Of a stretch of 64,000 bases of DNA, positions 35,631-45,904 are shown one piece after another; position 1 is the first letter of the stretch, and every line of letters begins with the position of its first letter. Made by a program: the position numbers and the translations under genes. The notes beneath the pieces are model-generated. The model made no database searches and was not told the origin of the DNA. It saw only the letters and a list, made by a program, of their open reading frames with translations. This DNA is from a virus. The stretch lies in IMG/VR virus record IMGVR_UViG_3300010244_000098. One strand, 5' to 3'.

Positions 35631-37742
35631 TTAACGTTTGCCAAACAATCCCCGCAATCCCTTTTTTCTCGGTTTTTCGTCTTCGACGTCCAGGTCCAGA
35701 TCATCCAGGTCATCAAAGTCATCGTCCCAGTCATCATCTGCTAATTCATCAGGAACGTCTCCTGTTAGATCCTCGTCGTCCCATTCGTTGAGCTCGTCTT
35801 CGTCATCCCACTCATCAGCCGTGTTTGACGTTGCTTCCGGGTAAATATCTGTAGGACGGCTCACGACAGGTTGAGGGGTAGATGATTGGTTTTGTTTCGG
35901 TTGTTGCGGTCGAACAGCTTCAGCAGCTTCCTCCGGTTTAACAGCTGGTTTGTCTGCATTACTGACTGATTCGTTATTGTCTGACACAACGTCGTCCGAT
36001 ACGGTATCATCGGGCACGGAGCGAACAGCCGTGTCCTCAGCAGGCGTTTCAACCTTAGGCTCTGGAGCACTTGGTGATTGAACCTGTGCTATCGGTTGTT
36101 CTTGTTGAACAGTTCCTTCTTGTTGCATAGACGTGCTCGGCTGAACATCTCTTGGTAATGGTTGTTGTTGAGCTTTCGTTTGTTGTTCGATCTGCTCGTA
36201 CATACGACGCATTTCCGTAACCATTCGGCGACTTTCCATTTGATCTCTCGCACTCATTATACGCTCATTAAGAGTTTGAGCTCCTTGACGGGACGCTTCT
36301 TCCCAATCCAGTTTCAAGTAGGATAAATCATGAGTGTGACGTTCTTCAACGAACTGATCAACATATTGGTCGAATTCTTTCTCTCGTTGTTCAAGTGCCC
36401 TGTTATAAATCTCCTGTTGACGGTCTTTTTCTTCTTGAACAGCGTCGTCAACGACTGACTGGCGGTATGTTTCCTCATAAACTGCTCTCGGGTCTTCTTC
36501 GACGCGCTGTAGCCATTGATTGTAGCCGTCTTCTAGTATATTTTCGCGTTCAGTTTCATAGTCATCTATTGCTTTTGGAATGTCATTTCTCAACTGTTCC
36601 AACGGACGAATAAAAATGGAATCGTATTTTTCAGCAATTCCTGCATTCACTGTCTCGTTGTTGCTGATGTCGACCTTTTCTTCAACATCTAACGCTTCTC
36701 GTTTCAGTTGAACGAGGGCTTGGTTGACGAATTTCTCTCGTTCCCGGTTCATCGCGATCATTAAATCTCGTCGCCCTTGTTCATCAAATTGATTAAACTC
36801 CGTATCGACAATTTTCATGCTTTTTGCGTATTGGTTAACGTCTTCCAACTGCGATAAATAACGAGATTGAATCCGAGAGTCAGGATGCACGCCCAATTCT
36901 TGAACAATATCCTCAAAGCGTTTGAACTGAGGGATTGCATTCTTTTGTTTGTTTCTCGCCTGACGAGCTCTCGCTTCTTTTTGGCGTTCTGCCTCACGTC
37001 TGCGTCGTGCTTCCTCCTGTTTACGGCGTTCTTCTTCTTTTTTCAATTGTTCTTTGTAATATTTATCGCCTTGTTCCAATAAGCGGTCTTCTTCACTTTG
37101 TTTTTCTTCAACGTTCATTTTCATATCTTCGCCAGAAAAATTCTGATCATCGATCAACGAACTTAATTCTTCATCTGTAAACTCACGTGAACTTGTTTGC
37201 TTAGGTTTTGTTACCACAGGTAAATCCTCCTCGTGTACGTGTCTGTCCTCCGGGCTTAAGTGCCCTGTCTCAACAATATGTTTAAAATATTCACTAATCT
37301 CTACAAAATCGATTCTATATGTATGTCCTTGACTGTCACGTACAGGTTTTAATGATCCTTTGTACGGAGATTCTGAGGACGGGTGTTGAATTTCATAAAT
37401 ATTCCAAGGGATCGTTGTTAATTTCTTTAAATCCTCAGAACCATTCATGATAACGGTATGTAAATCTTCAGTAATTAAAAAACCAATGTGATCCGGATCA
37501 CTTTCAAACGTGACCAAATCAATACTCCCAGCATCATCCATCGCTCGAAGTTGTGCAAATTGGGACTCGTCTGTCAATCCTAAATCTTCCAGATCATCGA
37601 CATGAAATCCCGTAGTGTAATAATGACGTTGGTCATTTTCATCAACGAGTGTTGCCCCTGTGTAATTCCCGTTCGTCACATCGCGTTGAATTTGCGCTGA
37701 CAGATTCACCGGTGTTTTGGGTACAAAGACTTTCAAATCCAT
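35631..37742 (-). CDS. Large coiled-coil protein with an acidic tail and a C-terminal amphipathic helix
   Basis: Start moved to ATG 37742 (AAGGAAAGG RBS); long E/Q/R coiled coil, P/Q/D-rich linker, ends KPRKKGLRGLFGKR. Confidence 0.75.
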   Translation of the reverse strand: MDLKVFVPKTPVNLSAQIQRDVTNGNYTGATLVDENDQRHYYTTGFHVDDLEDLGLTDESQFAQLRAMDDAGSIDLVTFESDPDHIGFLITEDLHTVIMNGSEDLKKLTTIPWNIYEIQHPSSESPYKGSLKPVRDSQGHTYRIDFVEISEYFKHIVETGHLSPEDRHVHEEDLPVVTKPKQTSSREFTDEELSSLIDDQNFSGEDMKMNVEEKQSEEDRLLEQGDKYYKEQLKKEEERRKQEEARRRREAERQKEARARQARNKQKNAIPQFKRFEDIVQELGVHPDSRIQSRYLSQLEDVNQYAKSMKIVDTEFNQFDEQGRRDLMIAMNREREKFVNQALVQLKREALDVEEKVDISNNETVNAGIAEKYDSIFIRPLEQLRNDIPKAIDDYETERENILEDGYNQWLQRVEEDPRAVYEETYRQSVVDDAVQEEKDRQQEIYNRALEQREKEFDQYVDQFVEERHTHDLSYLKLDWEEASRQGAQTLNERIMSARDQMESRRMVTEMRRMYEQIEQQTKAQQQPLPRDVQPSTSMQQEGTVQQEQPIAQVQSPSAPEPKVETPAEDTAVRSVPDDTVSDDVVSDNNESVSNADKPAVKPEEAAEAVRPQQPKQNQSSTPQPVVSRPTDIYPEATSNTADEWDDEDELNEWDDEDLTGDVPDELADDDWDDDFDDLDDLDLDVEDEKPRKKGLRGLFGKR

Positions 37743-37810
37743 AATGTTCCACCTTTCCTTTCTTATTGGACGATTCAATACGAGGGCGTTCCGTATTTGA
37801 ATGCACCATT

Positions 37811-37840
37811 ACTATACCATAGCTGATTTGTTGTAGTCAA
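37811..37840 (-). promoter_or_regulatory. sigmaA-like promoter
   Basis: TTGACT (37835-37840), 18 bp, TGgTATAGT (-10 at 37811-37816). Confidence 0.65.
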
Positions 37841-37911
37841 TATGACGACACAGCACAGATTACCCCTTTCCATCATCGATAAGAAAGGGGGGTCTGCTGT
37901 TATTATTCTGC

Positions 37912-40900
37912 TTACTCGTTCTCGTATTCGTTGTCGTCACTGCCAAATAATTCATCAAATACATCCGGGGTGTTGCTCTGTTTCTCTCGAGGCGTGTTCA
38001 TTCGAACTCCTGCATCATGTTCTTTGGTATCCTTATGAACTGAGCCAAAGGGTGATGCGTTTGTAAGAGGTTCGGTCGATTGACGTTCCCTTGCGAACAT
38101 AGTTCCTCGTTCATTTGCATATCGAGTAGACGGTCGGTCCACGTTCGGTTGATCAGAATCTGTTTGGATAACGTTGGACCTTCCGGTTGACCCTTGACGT
38201 TCGTTGTTCACATACGTAGAACCTTTCGTCACGTCTTGATGTGTGTCATATGTTCCTGATTGATTTACCGTTGTGCTATCACGATTTTCACCAGAGAATG
38301 TTGACGTCACATCGCTATTTGTTGCATATCCATCAAGCGATTGATGAGTGCCTCGAACGTTTTGTTGTTGGTTCGGAGCATGAGTCTCAATATCGTCTTG
38401 GAATGTATTTGCTTCATTGATGTTTTCATTTACCAGGTCAGATCCTTCACGAACATATTGATTTGTCGATTTGTTTCCTACTGCACCGCTTTGTACAGTG
38501 TGGTCTGACGACATATCAACCTGGTCTGTTGCTTCAGATGTCGTATTGTATTGGTCTCCAAACTGACGTCCTGTTTCGCTAAGAGACCCAGCACCTGTCA
38601 TATGCCCAAGTGACTCGTTGTCTGTTGCTGAAGCACTTTGTTCGTTTGCTTCATTCATATCAACAGATCCTTGACCAATATCGCTCATGCGGTTCATTTC
38701 TCCGTGTGTGTGAATAGTTGAAGAATCACGACTGATACCGTTGGCATCGCTTGTTACGTCATAAGATTGATTATCTCCGTTAAGAGACGTATCGTAACCT
38801 GATGCACTCATATTTGGTGTTGTATCATAAGCAAGACCAGTATCCTGTGCTGATGAGCCTTCGGACTGAACGGATTCGTCCATATCGACAGATCCTTGAT
38901 CAACAACGCTCATACGATCCATGCGACCGTCTGTGTTCATTGTTGTTGAATCCTGCATGACTCCGTCGACATTCGACTCAGCCGTCACTGACTGGCCGTC
39001 TCCGTTAAGAGACGTATCGTAACCCGTCGTATTCATATCCGGTGTTACATTATAAGAAAAACCAGTATCCTGTGCTGATGAGCCTTCGGACTGAACGGAT
39101 TCGTCCATATCGACAGATCCTTGATCAACAACGCTCATACGATCCATGCGACCGTCTGTGTTCATTGTTGCTGAATCCTGCATAACTCCGTCGACATTCG
39201 ATTCAGTCGTTACTGACTGACCGTTTCTGTCGAAGTCCATGTCGGTATCTGTAACATCAAGATCGGACATTGTATCGTAACCAGACATCGTATCCTGTAC
39301 TGGCACGTCATCTAAGTGGCCTGACTGGTCCATTGGCCTGTCTACTTGGTCGTTTTGAATCTGAGACTCTTGAGAAATATCGCTTTGTCCAGTCACAGAC
39401 ACATCGTCTTGAATCTCTCCATTTTCTGAAAAGCTCGTGTCATACGATGACCCTTCTGCTTGATTATCTGATTCCATTTCAGCAAATGGATTGTCACTTG
39501 ACGTATCGTACATTCCTTCACTGTCCGCAACCATGTCTGAATCTGCATATGATACGTCTGCATCGCCACGGTTATCCGAGAAGACCGTTTCCTGATCGAT
39601 TGACTGATCTCCTTCCAATCCTACTTCGTCACGGAGCGTTTCGTCTGAAGATCCATCATTATTCGATAAGTGGCTCGCGGCTAATCCGGCTGCACCGACT
39701 GCTGTTCCTGTCGTCGTTGCTTCGTTTATATCCGGGATAGCACCTGTCTCATCTGTCATAGACTCATTGACGAAAGGATTCTCTTGATTTTCTTCATCAT
39801 GAACACTTATATCGCCGGCGTCCCTGTCGGATTCGCGGAATAGATCTTCATCATCCGCTGTTGAACTGTCTAACTCATTGGCGTATGTGTCATTATACGG
39901 CGCCATCGCTTCATCGTCATCAGCAAGCGTATTGTATCCGTCTTGGTCTGACGTATCCGCAAAAATATCTTGGTCTGCCATCTGTTGGTCATAATGCAAG
40001 CTTCCGCCATCTGCCCGAGCTTCTATAGACTCGTCTGCTCGGTTTTGTCCATCGCCAATATCATAAGCTCCTTGTTCGTCATCAGGGAATTGTTCCTGCA
40101 TATCTCCGGCTTCACGACTCATCGTCGCTGCCGCAAGTCCCGCATCCGCTTCGTTTATAGATTGATCTCCGGCATCTGACTCGATCAATTCATCCGCGCT
40201 GTTCATATCTCCACTGACAAGATATCCGTCATCATTCATACGCATAGCGCCTGCTTCACGTTCAGCGGAAATGTCTCCGTTGCTTGCATCGATTGTGTCA
40301 TCCGCTTCATTTTCCACGGCTTGATCGGCATTGGCTGTTTGATCCATTTGATCGCGATGTCCTTCATCCAAATCCATCTCTTGATCTTGACTTGCATGAA
40401 GGGTCTCTGTCTCTGTGATTTCTTCTTCGCTGTCCATATCGCTATAGTCGCCACCGAGAGCTTCTTCGCCCATAGTTTGACCATCTTCGTCCAGTTCTTG
40501 CTCTGCAGAAATATGTTCAAGGTTTCGACGTTCCCGTTCGCTTTCTTCTTCATCGTCACCAACACTGCCCATGGCTTCATCGGCATCTTGGAAATCTTGA
40601 GCATTTGAAATGTCACCCAATTCATTCGCGTTCGAATCATCGTCTGTTGTCGATGTTGACGAACCGCTCGTTGACGATTCTGTTGTCTCTGTTTCTTCTT
40701 CAGCGTCGTCACCGACACCGCCAAGTGCTTCTTCGCTATCTGTATGTCCTTGAGTCTGCCCTGATGAACCGCCTAACGCTGATTCATGAGCCAGTGATTC
40801 ATCAAAATCCTCTGTATCTCCGGTAGCCTGGCCACCGAGACTATCCCCAACAGCTCCCGCTGTGGATCCGGCCCCGACGGCCCCCATAACAGAACCGGCG

Positions 40901-43014
40901 AGCCCCATTTGGGACGCGTCACTGTCTGAGAAACTTCCGTACGAGGAATCTTCTGCGGACCCTTCGGACTCATCCGCTGTCACGTCCCCGTCGGCAATCG
41001 TGTCACCGCCACCGCCGTCTTTTCCTTTCAGATCGTTGGGACGAATTCCAGATATACGACTCGCCATATCAATAAAGAACTGATTTGATGATGACCCGAT
41101 TCGATTGTTCATAGAAAGAAACCCTTTGTACATCATAATGCCTAAAGCACCTGTGAGCACAGTCCCTAAAGCAATCTCACCAAGGGATTCTGTTCCTGCA
41201 CCGAACGGAAAAATCGTTCCAAAGGCCAACGGTCCTGTATCAATCATATGTAAAGGTGTCATAGTTCCACTACCTCCTGTCATTTCCATCAATGAAGGGA
41301 ATATTTCATGGATACCGGTTAACGCATCTCTAAATAACGCGATCATGGAGCGAGCAATAAATATTTGAATAAACATTGTAATCACGGCTCCAAACAGCAT
41401 AGACAATCCTCCGATAGAACCTAATCCGGCTCCGGAAGGGAACCAAAGGATTACGTTTTTAACCATATTATAAATAGCTCCTGCCATGAAAAAGTACATA
41501 TGGAACGCAAAAAATGTGACTAATCCAATGGTCAATAGCGTTTCGGTATATCTAAAGAACCCGCCGACGCCTCCGGGGATCGTATAATCTTTGTATTTGT
41601 ATTGAGCAGATAAGATCCCATCGTCTTCAATTTTCATCACACCGTCTTTGTTTGTATGTACACGGTAAAGAGCAAACAGCATTGAATTGTCTCCATATAT
41701 ATTTGACATATCCGAAGACGCTGTTGATGTTCCTCTCATCCAGCCATTAATCAGTTGTGTGGAATCAAAGTTCCAAAAATTACGAATATAGTCGATAGAT
41801 CCGTCCACTTCATCCATATTGATGCCACCGTCTTCGGTCACACCGGCAATGTCGTTCATTGCTTTTATATCGGACGATCGGATTGTAGACATACTCCCCG
41901 TACCTCCACCAGATCCGTTATAAATGTCTTCGACAGCTTTTAATGACTCTACATCATCGCTTTGTACGTTCCAAGACTGATTATCAATATCTACGCCATT
42001 TTCATCATAAGCATAGCCTGCTGTAACAAAACCTTTATAATCAAGAATGAGTTCAGAAACTTCTCCGTCTACACCGACATTGTCATCTATTCCCTGCATT
42101 CGGTCAGCGAACATGGTAATCATTCCTGACAACATAAATATCGCACCTGTCAGTGAGAATACAGAAACAAGCAATCGTTTCGTTGTCTCTCCCATGCTCC
42201 CCGCCATGCCTCGTCCTTTGCCGACGCGGAATCCAAGAACCGAAAGGCCCATTCCTGCGACAAATAAGAACAAGGCAACGATGTATCCAAACCAGCGACC
42301 AAAATTCAACCATTCTGAAAAATAGGCCATGACCGGGTTGGACGATTCACTGTACTGCCACTCGCTAAGTAATGTTTCTCCAGATGTGCTCTCTGGTAAT
42401 ATGTATTGAAAAACGTTAAAGGTGTCGAGCAGTTCATAAAGCAATTCTCCGAGCAATTGAGCAAAATGTCCAAGAACGGACGCGGCCATCAAAAGCGTAC
42501 CGCCTAAGTAACGACCTGCACTGTTTAGAATATTGCCCACAACATTGGTGTTCCAGTTATACGCAGAGTACACGCCGTACTGTGATCCCCAATACTGAAA
42601 AGCCATAAACATCTTGGCCGCATCTTCTCCTTTTTCTTCATTTCCTGACATTTCTCCAAACGGCGGGTCTCCTTCGGAACTCATAATGCCCATTCCGTTC
42701 GTTTCGTAGTTTCCATTTGCGTTTTCTGATGACGGAGTAATGTACCATTCCGTCCCTGTATATTCATCACTCGTTAAAACACTGGCTACTTCTTCAGATC
42801 CTGTAATATCTCGAAACAAGTTTCCGAGCGATTCCAGGGGGTGTTGCCACCAGCTTGCTTCAACGGTTGTTTCGTCCTGACCGGTATAGCTATGTACGAC
42901 GGACGATGTTGCTTGACCGATTGTTGCAAATAACGTGATGAACAATAACAAAATAATTATCGGCTTCATCCATGAAACCGTCAACCTCTCACGAGGCCGT
43001 GCTTGAACTTCCAA
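37912..43014 (-). CDS. Giant polytopic membrane protein, VirB6/TrbL-like, with a ~1000-aa acidic repeat tail
   Basis: Signal-like N-terminus; multiple TM helices in roughly aa 170-640; then a D/E/S/T-rich low-complexity tail. Located among transfer genes. Confidence 0.65.
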   Translation of the reverse strand: MEVQARPRERLTVSWMKPIIILLLFITLFATIGQATSSVVHSYTGQDETTVEASWWQHPLESLGNLFRDITGSEEVASVLTSDEYTGTEWYITPSSENANGNYETNGMGIMSSEGDPPFGEMSGNEEKGEDAAKMFMAFQYWGSQYGVYSAYNWNTNVVGNILNSAGRYLGGTLLMAASVLGHFAQLLGELLYELLDTFNVFQYILPESTSGETLLSEWQYSESSNPVMAYFSEWLNFGRWFGYIVALFLFVAGMGLSVLGFRVGKGRGMAGSMGETTKRLLVSVFSLTGAIFMLSGMITMFADRMQGIDDNVGVDGEVSELILDYKGFVTAGYAYDENGVDIDNQSWNVQSDDVESLKAVEDIYNGSGGGTGSMSTIRSSDIKAMNDIAGVTEDGGINMDEVDGSIDYIRNFWNFDSTQLINGWMRGTSTASSDMSNIYGDNSMLFALYRVHTNKDGVMKIEDDGILSAQYKYKDYTIPGGVGGFFRYTETLLTIGLVTFFAFHMYFFMAGAIYNMVKNVILWFPSGAGLGSIGGLSMLFGAVITMFIQIFIARSMIALFRDALTGIHEIFPSLMEMTGGSGTMTPLHMIDTGPLAFGTIFPFGAGTESLGEIALGTVLTGALGIMMYKGFLSMNNRIGSSSNQFFIDMASRISGIRPNDLKGKDGGGGDTIADGDVTADESEGSAEDSSYGSFSDSDASQMGLAGSVMGAVGAGSTAGAVGDSLGGQATGDTEDFDESLAHESALGGSSGQTQGHTDSEEALGGVGDDAEEETETTESSTSGSSTSTTDDDSNANELGDISNAQDFQDADEAMGSVGDDEEESERERRNLEHISAEQELDEDGQTMGEEALGGDYSDMDSEEEITETETLHASQDQEMDLDEGHRDQMDQTANADQAVENEADDTIDASNGDISAEREAGAMRMNDDGYLVSGDMNSADELIESDAGDQSINEADAGLAAATMSREAGDMQEQFPDDEQGAYDIGDGQNRADESIEARADGGSLHYDQQMADQDIFADTSDQDGYNTLADDDEAMAPYNDTYANELDSSTADDEDLFRESDRDAGDISVHDEENQENPFVNESMTDETGAIPDINEATTTGTAVGAAGLAASHLSNNDGSSDETLRDEVGLEGDQSIDQETVFSDNRGDADVSYADSDMVADSEGMYDTSSDNPFAEMESDNQAEGSSYDTSFSENGEIQDDVSVTGQSDISQESQIQNDQVDRPMDQSGHLDDVPVQDTMSGYDTMSDLDVTDTDMDFDRNGQSVTTESNVDGVMQDSATMNTDGRMDRMSVVDQGSVDMDESVQSEGSSAQDTGFSYNVTPDMNTTGYDTSLNGDGQSVTAESNVDGVMQDSTTMNTDGRMDRMSVVDQGSVDMDESVQSEGSSAQDTGLAYDTTPNMSASGYDTSLNGDNQSYDVTSDANGISRDSSTIHTHGEMNRMSDIGQGSVDMNEANEQSASATDNESLGHMTGAGSLSETGRQFGDQYNTTSEATDQVDMSSDHTVQSGAVGNKSTNQYVREGSDLVNENINEANTFQDDIETHAPNQQQNVRGTHQSLDGYATNSDVTSTFSGENRDSTTVNQSGTYDTHQDVTKGSTYVNNERQGSTGRSNVIQTDSDQPNVDRPSTRYANERGTMFARERQSTEPLTNASPFGSVHKDTKEHDAGVRMNTPREKQSNTPDVFDELFGSDDNEYENE
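38611..39240. repeat. In-frame 225-bp (75-aa) tandem repeat, about 3 copies
   Basis: ACAGATCCTTGA begins at 38663, 38888 and 39113; ACCAGTATCCTGTGCTGATGAG at 38836 and 39061; TCTCCGTTAAGAGACGTATCGTAACC at 38774 and 38999. Confidence 0.9.
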
Positions 43015-43086
43015 TAAGCCAATCTCCTTTCTTTCGTATGTTCATTCTTAGTATATCAGTCCGTCTTCTAAAACTGAATACCGTCC

Positions 43087-44979
43087 CTATGCCCGGAGTT
43101 TATGCTGATTTTCCAGCGTTAATTTTGTTAAACTGGCTCGCTTCATTGTTGTCGTCAGTTCACCAATGTATCCGTCACGGGTTACAAAAAGAGCCATTAA
43201 ATGAGAGTCCGTTGTGACTCTTGTCTTATTGTCGATAGCCATTTCACCGTCTACAACGATTCGAACCCACGCCAAAGCCCTGTTGTTATCCCGAGCTCCT
43301 TCTATCACGCGGGCAACCAACGGGGTTACTTCCCGTTCAATTCGTCGATTCATAGCACGGCCACCACCCGCACTTGTGTTGTTCAATGCACGGAAACGTT
43401 CTTTTACGAGATAGTCGGCCACCCGTTTTTCAAACGATAAATCGAATTGGAAATACGATTGGACCCGATCAACGACTGTATTTAATTCAATACGAGCAAT
43501 GTTTTCATATGTATCTTCTTCAAGAGGAGCAAAAGGAATCACTTCATCAAAACGACCTAAGAACTCCGGAGAAAATGTCTGTCCAAGTTGATCCCGGAGT
43601 AACATATCCATTTCTTCCACTTTTAAATTCTGACTGCGAAGGTCCTTAAATACGTCCGCCGCTCCGTTTGTGGTAATGGTCATGATAGCGTTGGTAAAAG
43701 TCACCTGTCGTCCATATTGGTCCGTTAACCGACCATCGTCCAGTATGGCTAATAACATGTGCATAATACTACGGTGTGCTTTTTCAATCTCATCTAATAA
43801 CACAACACTATAAGGGTATTTGCTGATATCTCTTGCAATTCGTTTCTGGAATACCCCCACATCATCGGCCATGGAGTATTCAGACATGTCGTAACGGATC
43901 AAGAATTTCTCATCTCCGAACATGCTCTCAGCCATAGCCTTCGCTAATTGGGTTTTTCCGACCCCGGTTGACCCAGCGAATAAGAAGTTCGCCAACGGCC
44001 GTGTATGGTCTTGAAGCCCGGTATTCGCAACAAACAGCCGGTCTTCGATCATTTGCAGGGCTGTTTCCTGTCCCATGACTTTTTTCTTAATGTGAGTCAT
44101 GACACTATCGATGTCGGTTTTCCAGTCTACATCAACCCCTGCTTTATCTTTCATGATACGAGCGATCAATTCGTGATCGACATACCCTTTTAAATGTTCT
44201 TTTGCAAAATCTCCCCGGTCGACACCAATGCGGGCACTACGGTAAAACCCAATCGCCGCATCGAGAATGTCGATTGATTTAGCCGGTTGAGCAAAAGCCG
44301 GAAGAAAACGATTTGTATAATCAACAATCTCGTCATAAATATTCGGTTGAACAATGTAAGGAACATTGCTCTTGCCCAGATACGTATGCGCCATGTTTTC
44401 CAGAATCGTTACAACCACGTCCGGAGAAGGCTCCGGCATATTAATAATCTGAGAACGACGAGTTAACGCCTGGTCCGATTTGATATATTTTTCGTATTCT
44501 TCGTCGGTTGTTGCACCGATGATTTTAATCATGCCTCGTTGCATTAGGGGTTTTAAAGCGTCCCCTGCGGCTGAACCGCTTGAACGGCTACTAGAGGTAA
44601 TCAAGTGCATTTCGTCAAGAAACACAATAGTGTCTCCTGTTTCCCCTTTCTTTCGCCGGGCATTATCGAAAGCTAATACGTCATTTGCCAGTCCTTTGAT
44701 CCGTTCGGCAAATTTGTTGTCGCCTTCTCCGCTCATTGTCGGCAGATCTACGTCGAAAATAAGCAACCCCTCCTCTTGATGAAGGGTTGCGTAACCTTCT
44801 ACGAAGCTCGTTTTCCCTACACCGGCAGGACCGAGAAGCACGACGTTGTTCATCTCTGGACGACGCAGGCTGGACTCTAGTGTTTCGTATTGACGTTCTC
44901 GTCCGACAGGCAGTCGGTCAACGGCTTCCATTTTTTCACCATATGTAGCTAAATAAGGAAATGATTCGTATGAAATCAT
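43087..44979 (-). CDS. Clp/Hsp100 ATPase no. 2: two AAA+ modules, pore loops altered or deleted
   Basis: GPAGVGKT, VFLDEMH, IGATTDEEY, ALTRR; GSTGVGKT, RYDMSEY, LLDEIEKAH, FSPEFLGRFD. No Clp-N domain, M domain or GYVG loop. Confidence 0.88.
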   Translation of the reverse strand: MISYESFPYLATYGEKMEAVDRLPVGRERQYETLESSLRRPEMNNVVLLGPAGVGKTSFVEGYATLHQEEGLLIFDVDLPTMSGEGDNKFAERIKGLANDVLAFDNARRKKGETGDTIVFLDEMHLITSSSRSSGSAAGDALKPLMQRGMIKIIGATTDEEYEKYIKSDQALTRRSQIINMPEPSPDVVVTILENMAHTYLGKSNVPYIVQPNIYDEIVDYTNRFLPAFAQPAKSIDILDAAIGFYRSARIGVDRGDFAKEHLKGYVDHELIARIMKDKAGVDVDWKTDIDSVMTHIKKKVMGQETALQMIEDRLFVANTGLQDHTRPLANFLFAGSTGVGKTQLAKAMAESMFGDEKFLIRYDMSEYSMADDVGVFQKRIARDISKYPYSVVLLDEIEKAHRSIMHMLLAILDDGRLTDQYGRQVTFTNAIMTITTNGAADVFKDLRSQNLKVEEMDMLLRDQLGQTFSPEFLGRFDEVIPFAPLEEDTYENIARIELNTVVDRVQSYFQFDLSFEKRVADYLVKERFRALNNTSAGGGRAMNRRIEREVTPLVARVIEGARDNNRALAWVRIVVDGEMAIDNKTRVTTDSHLMALFVTRDGYIGELTTTMKRASLTKLTLENQHKLRA

Positions 44980-45003
44980 ATGTTTTTCTCCTTTCTGCCC
45001 TTT

Positions 45004-45873
45004 TTACGGGGCGTAAATGCCTCGCAATAATTCCAGTGTCCGTTTGAAATCAGCACGGCGAACGGATTTAGCCATCCCGTTGATGACCTGCTGTTCAAAC
45101 CACTGGCATTGTTCACTCAGTGCCGTGCGGTCAGTCGTTGTGATTACAACGTATTGGGAAACCGTACGGAACCGTTCGTTGTCCGCCACTTGTTCACGGA
45201 TCACTCTTTCTTTCCTTGAAGCCAACGCGCGAAGATCTGTTAATGATTGTCCTGAAGTCCGTTCCCAGGCTCCCTGGACCTGCTCACCCAAATCTAAGGA
45301 CGTATGCTGTGTTGGAATACTCACAGACACGTTCGGTGGAAGTAATGACAACCAGCGCTCAAACGCGTCGATGACATAGTTTTTTTCATCTTCGAACAAC
45401 ATGTTGGAGGCGTGACCGTCTACTTCATAAGCACGGCCAACCCAACCGTTGACAAAGGTAATGATTCCTTGATTATCAATTTTTCGAATTTGAAGTACAT
45501 CACTGACTTCTGCCACATCGGCATCTCCTCTCGTACTGACTATCCGACCATGAGTATCTAACCAATACCCGATCGTCGGCCAGAGCATTTTATACCCTTC
45601 ATCCCCGTTCTCTTGAGGAATGATCAACAAAGCAACAAACAGTTCCCAACCGATTAGCATAATAGCTAATCCTAGCCAACTGCCTTCTGAAATCCCAGTG
45701 TTCATATACATGAACATCGGAACAACAAGCCCCAGAAGTGCCAGCATAATCACAGTGGAAATCTTAATCGGCCGTTTGAAAGGCCCCTGTCCCTTCTTGC
45801 CGGTTAAAATAACGGGCGCTTGTAAGCGAGAGACGTTTAAAGAATGCGGGATACGATATGATTTTTTAGCCAC
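45004..45873 (-). CDS. PrgI/VirB3-like conjugation membrane protein
   Basis: Two TM helices near the N-terminus followed by a soluble domain; first gene of the Clp2/VirB6-like block. Family call is tentative. Confidence 0.5.
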   Translation of the reverse strand: MAKKSYRIPHSLNVSRLQAPVILTGKKGQGPFKRPIKISTVIMLALLGLVVPMFMYMNTGISEGSWLGLAIMLIGWELFVALLIIPQENGDEGYKMLWPTIGYWLDTHGRIVSTRGDADVAEVSDVLQIRKIDNQGIITFVNGWVGRAYEVDGHASNMLFEDEKNYVIDAFERWLSLLPPNVSVSIPTQHTSLDLGEQVQGAWERTSGQSLTDLRALASRKERVIREQVADNERFRTVSQYVVITTTDRTALSEQCQWFEQQVINGMAKSVRRADFKRTLELLRGIYAP

Positions 45874-45904
45874 AGAACCTCATCCTTTCTTTTGACCTCT
45901 GCGT

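Noticed and set aside
38611-39240. CRISPR array
   Set aside because: The period is 225 bp, in frame within a CDS, with no unique spacers and no cas genes.
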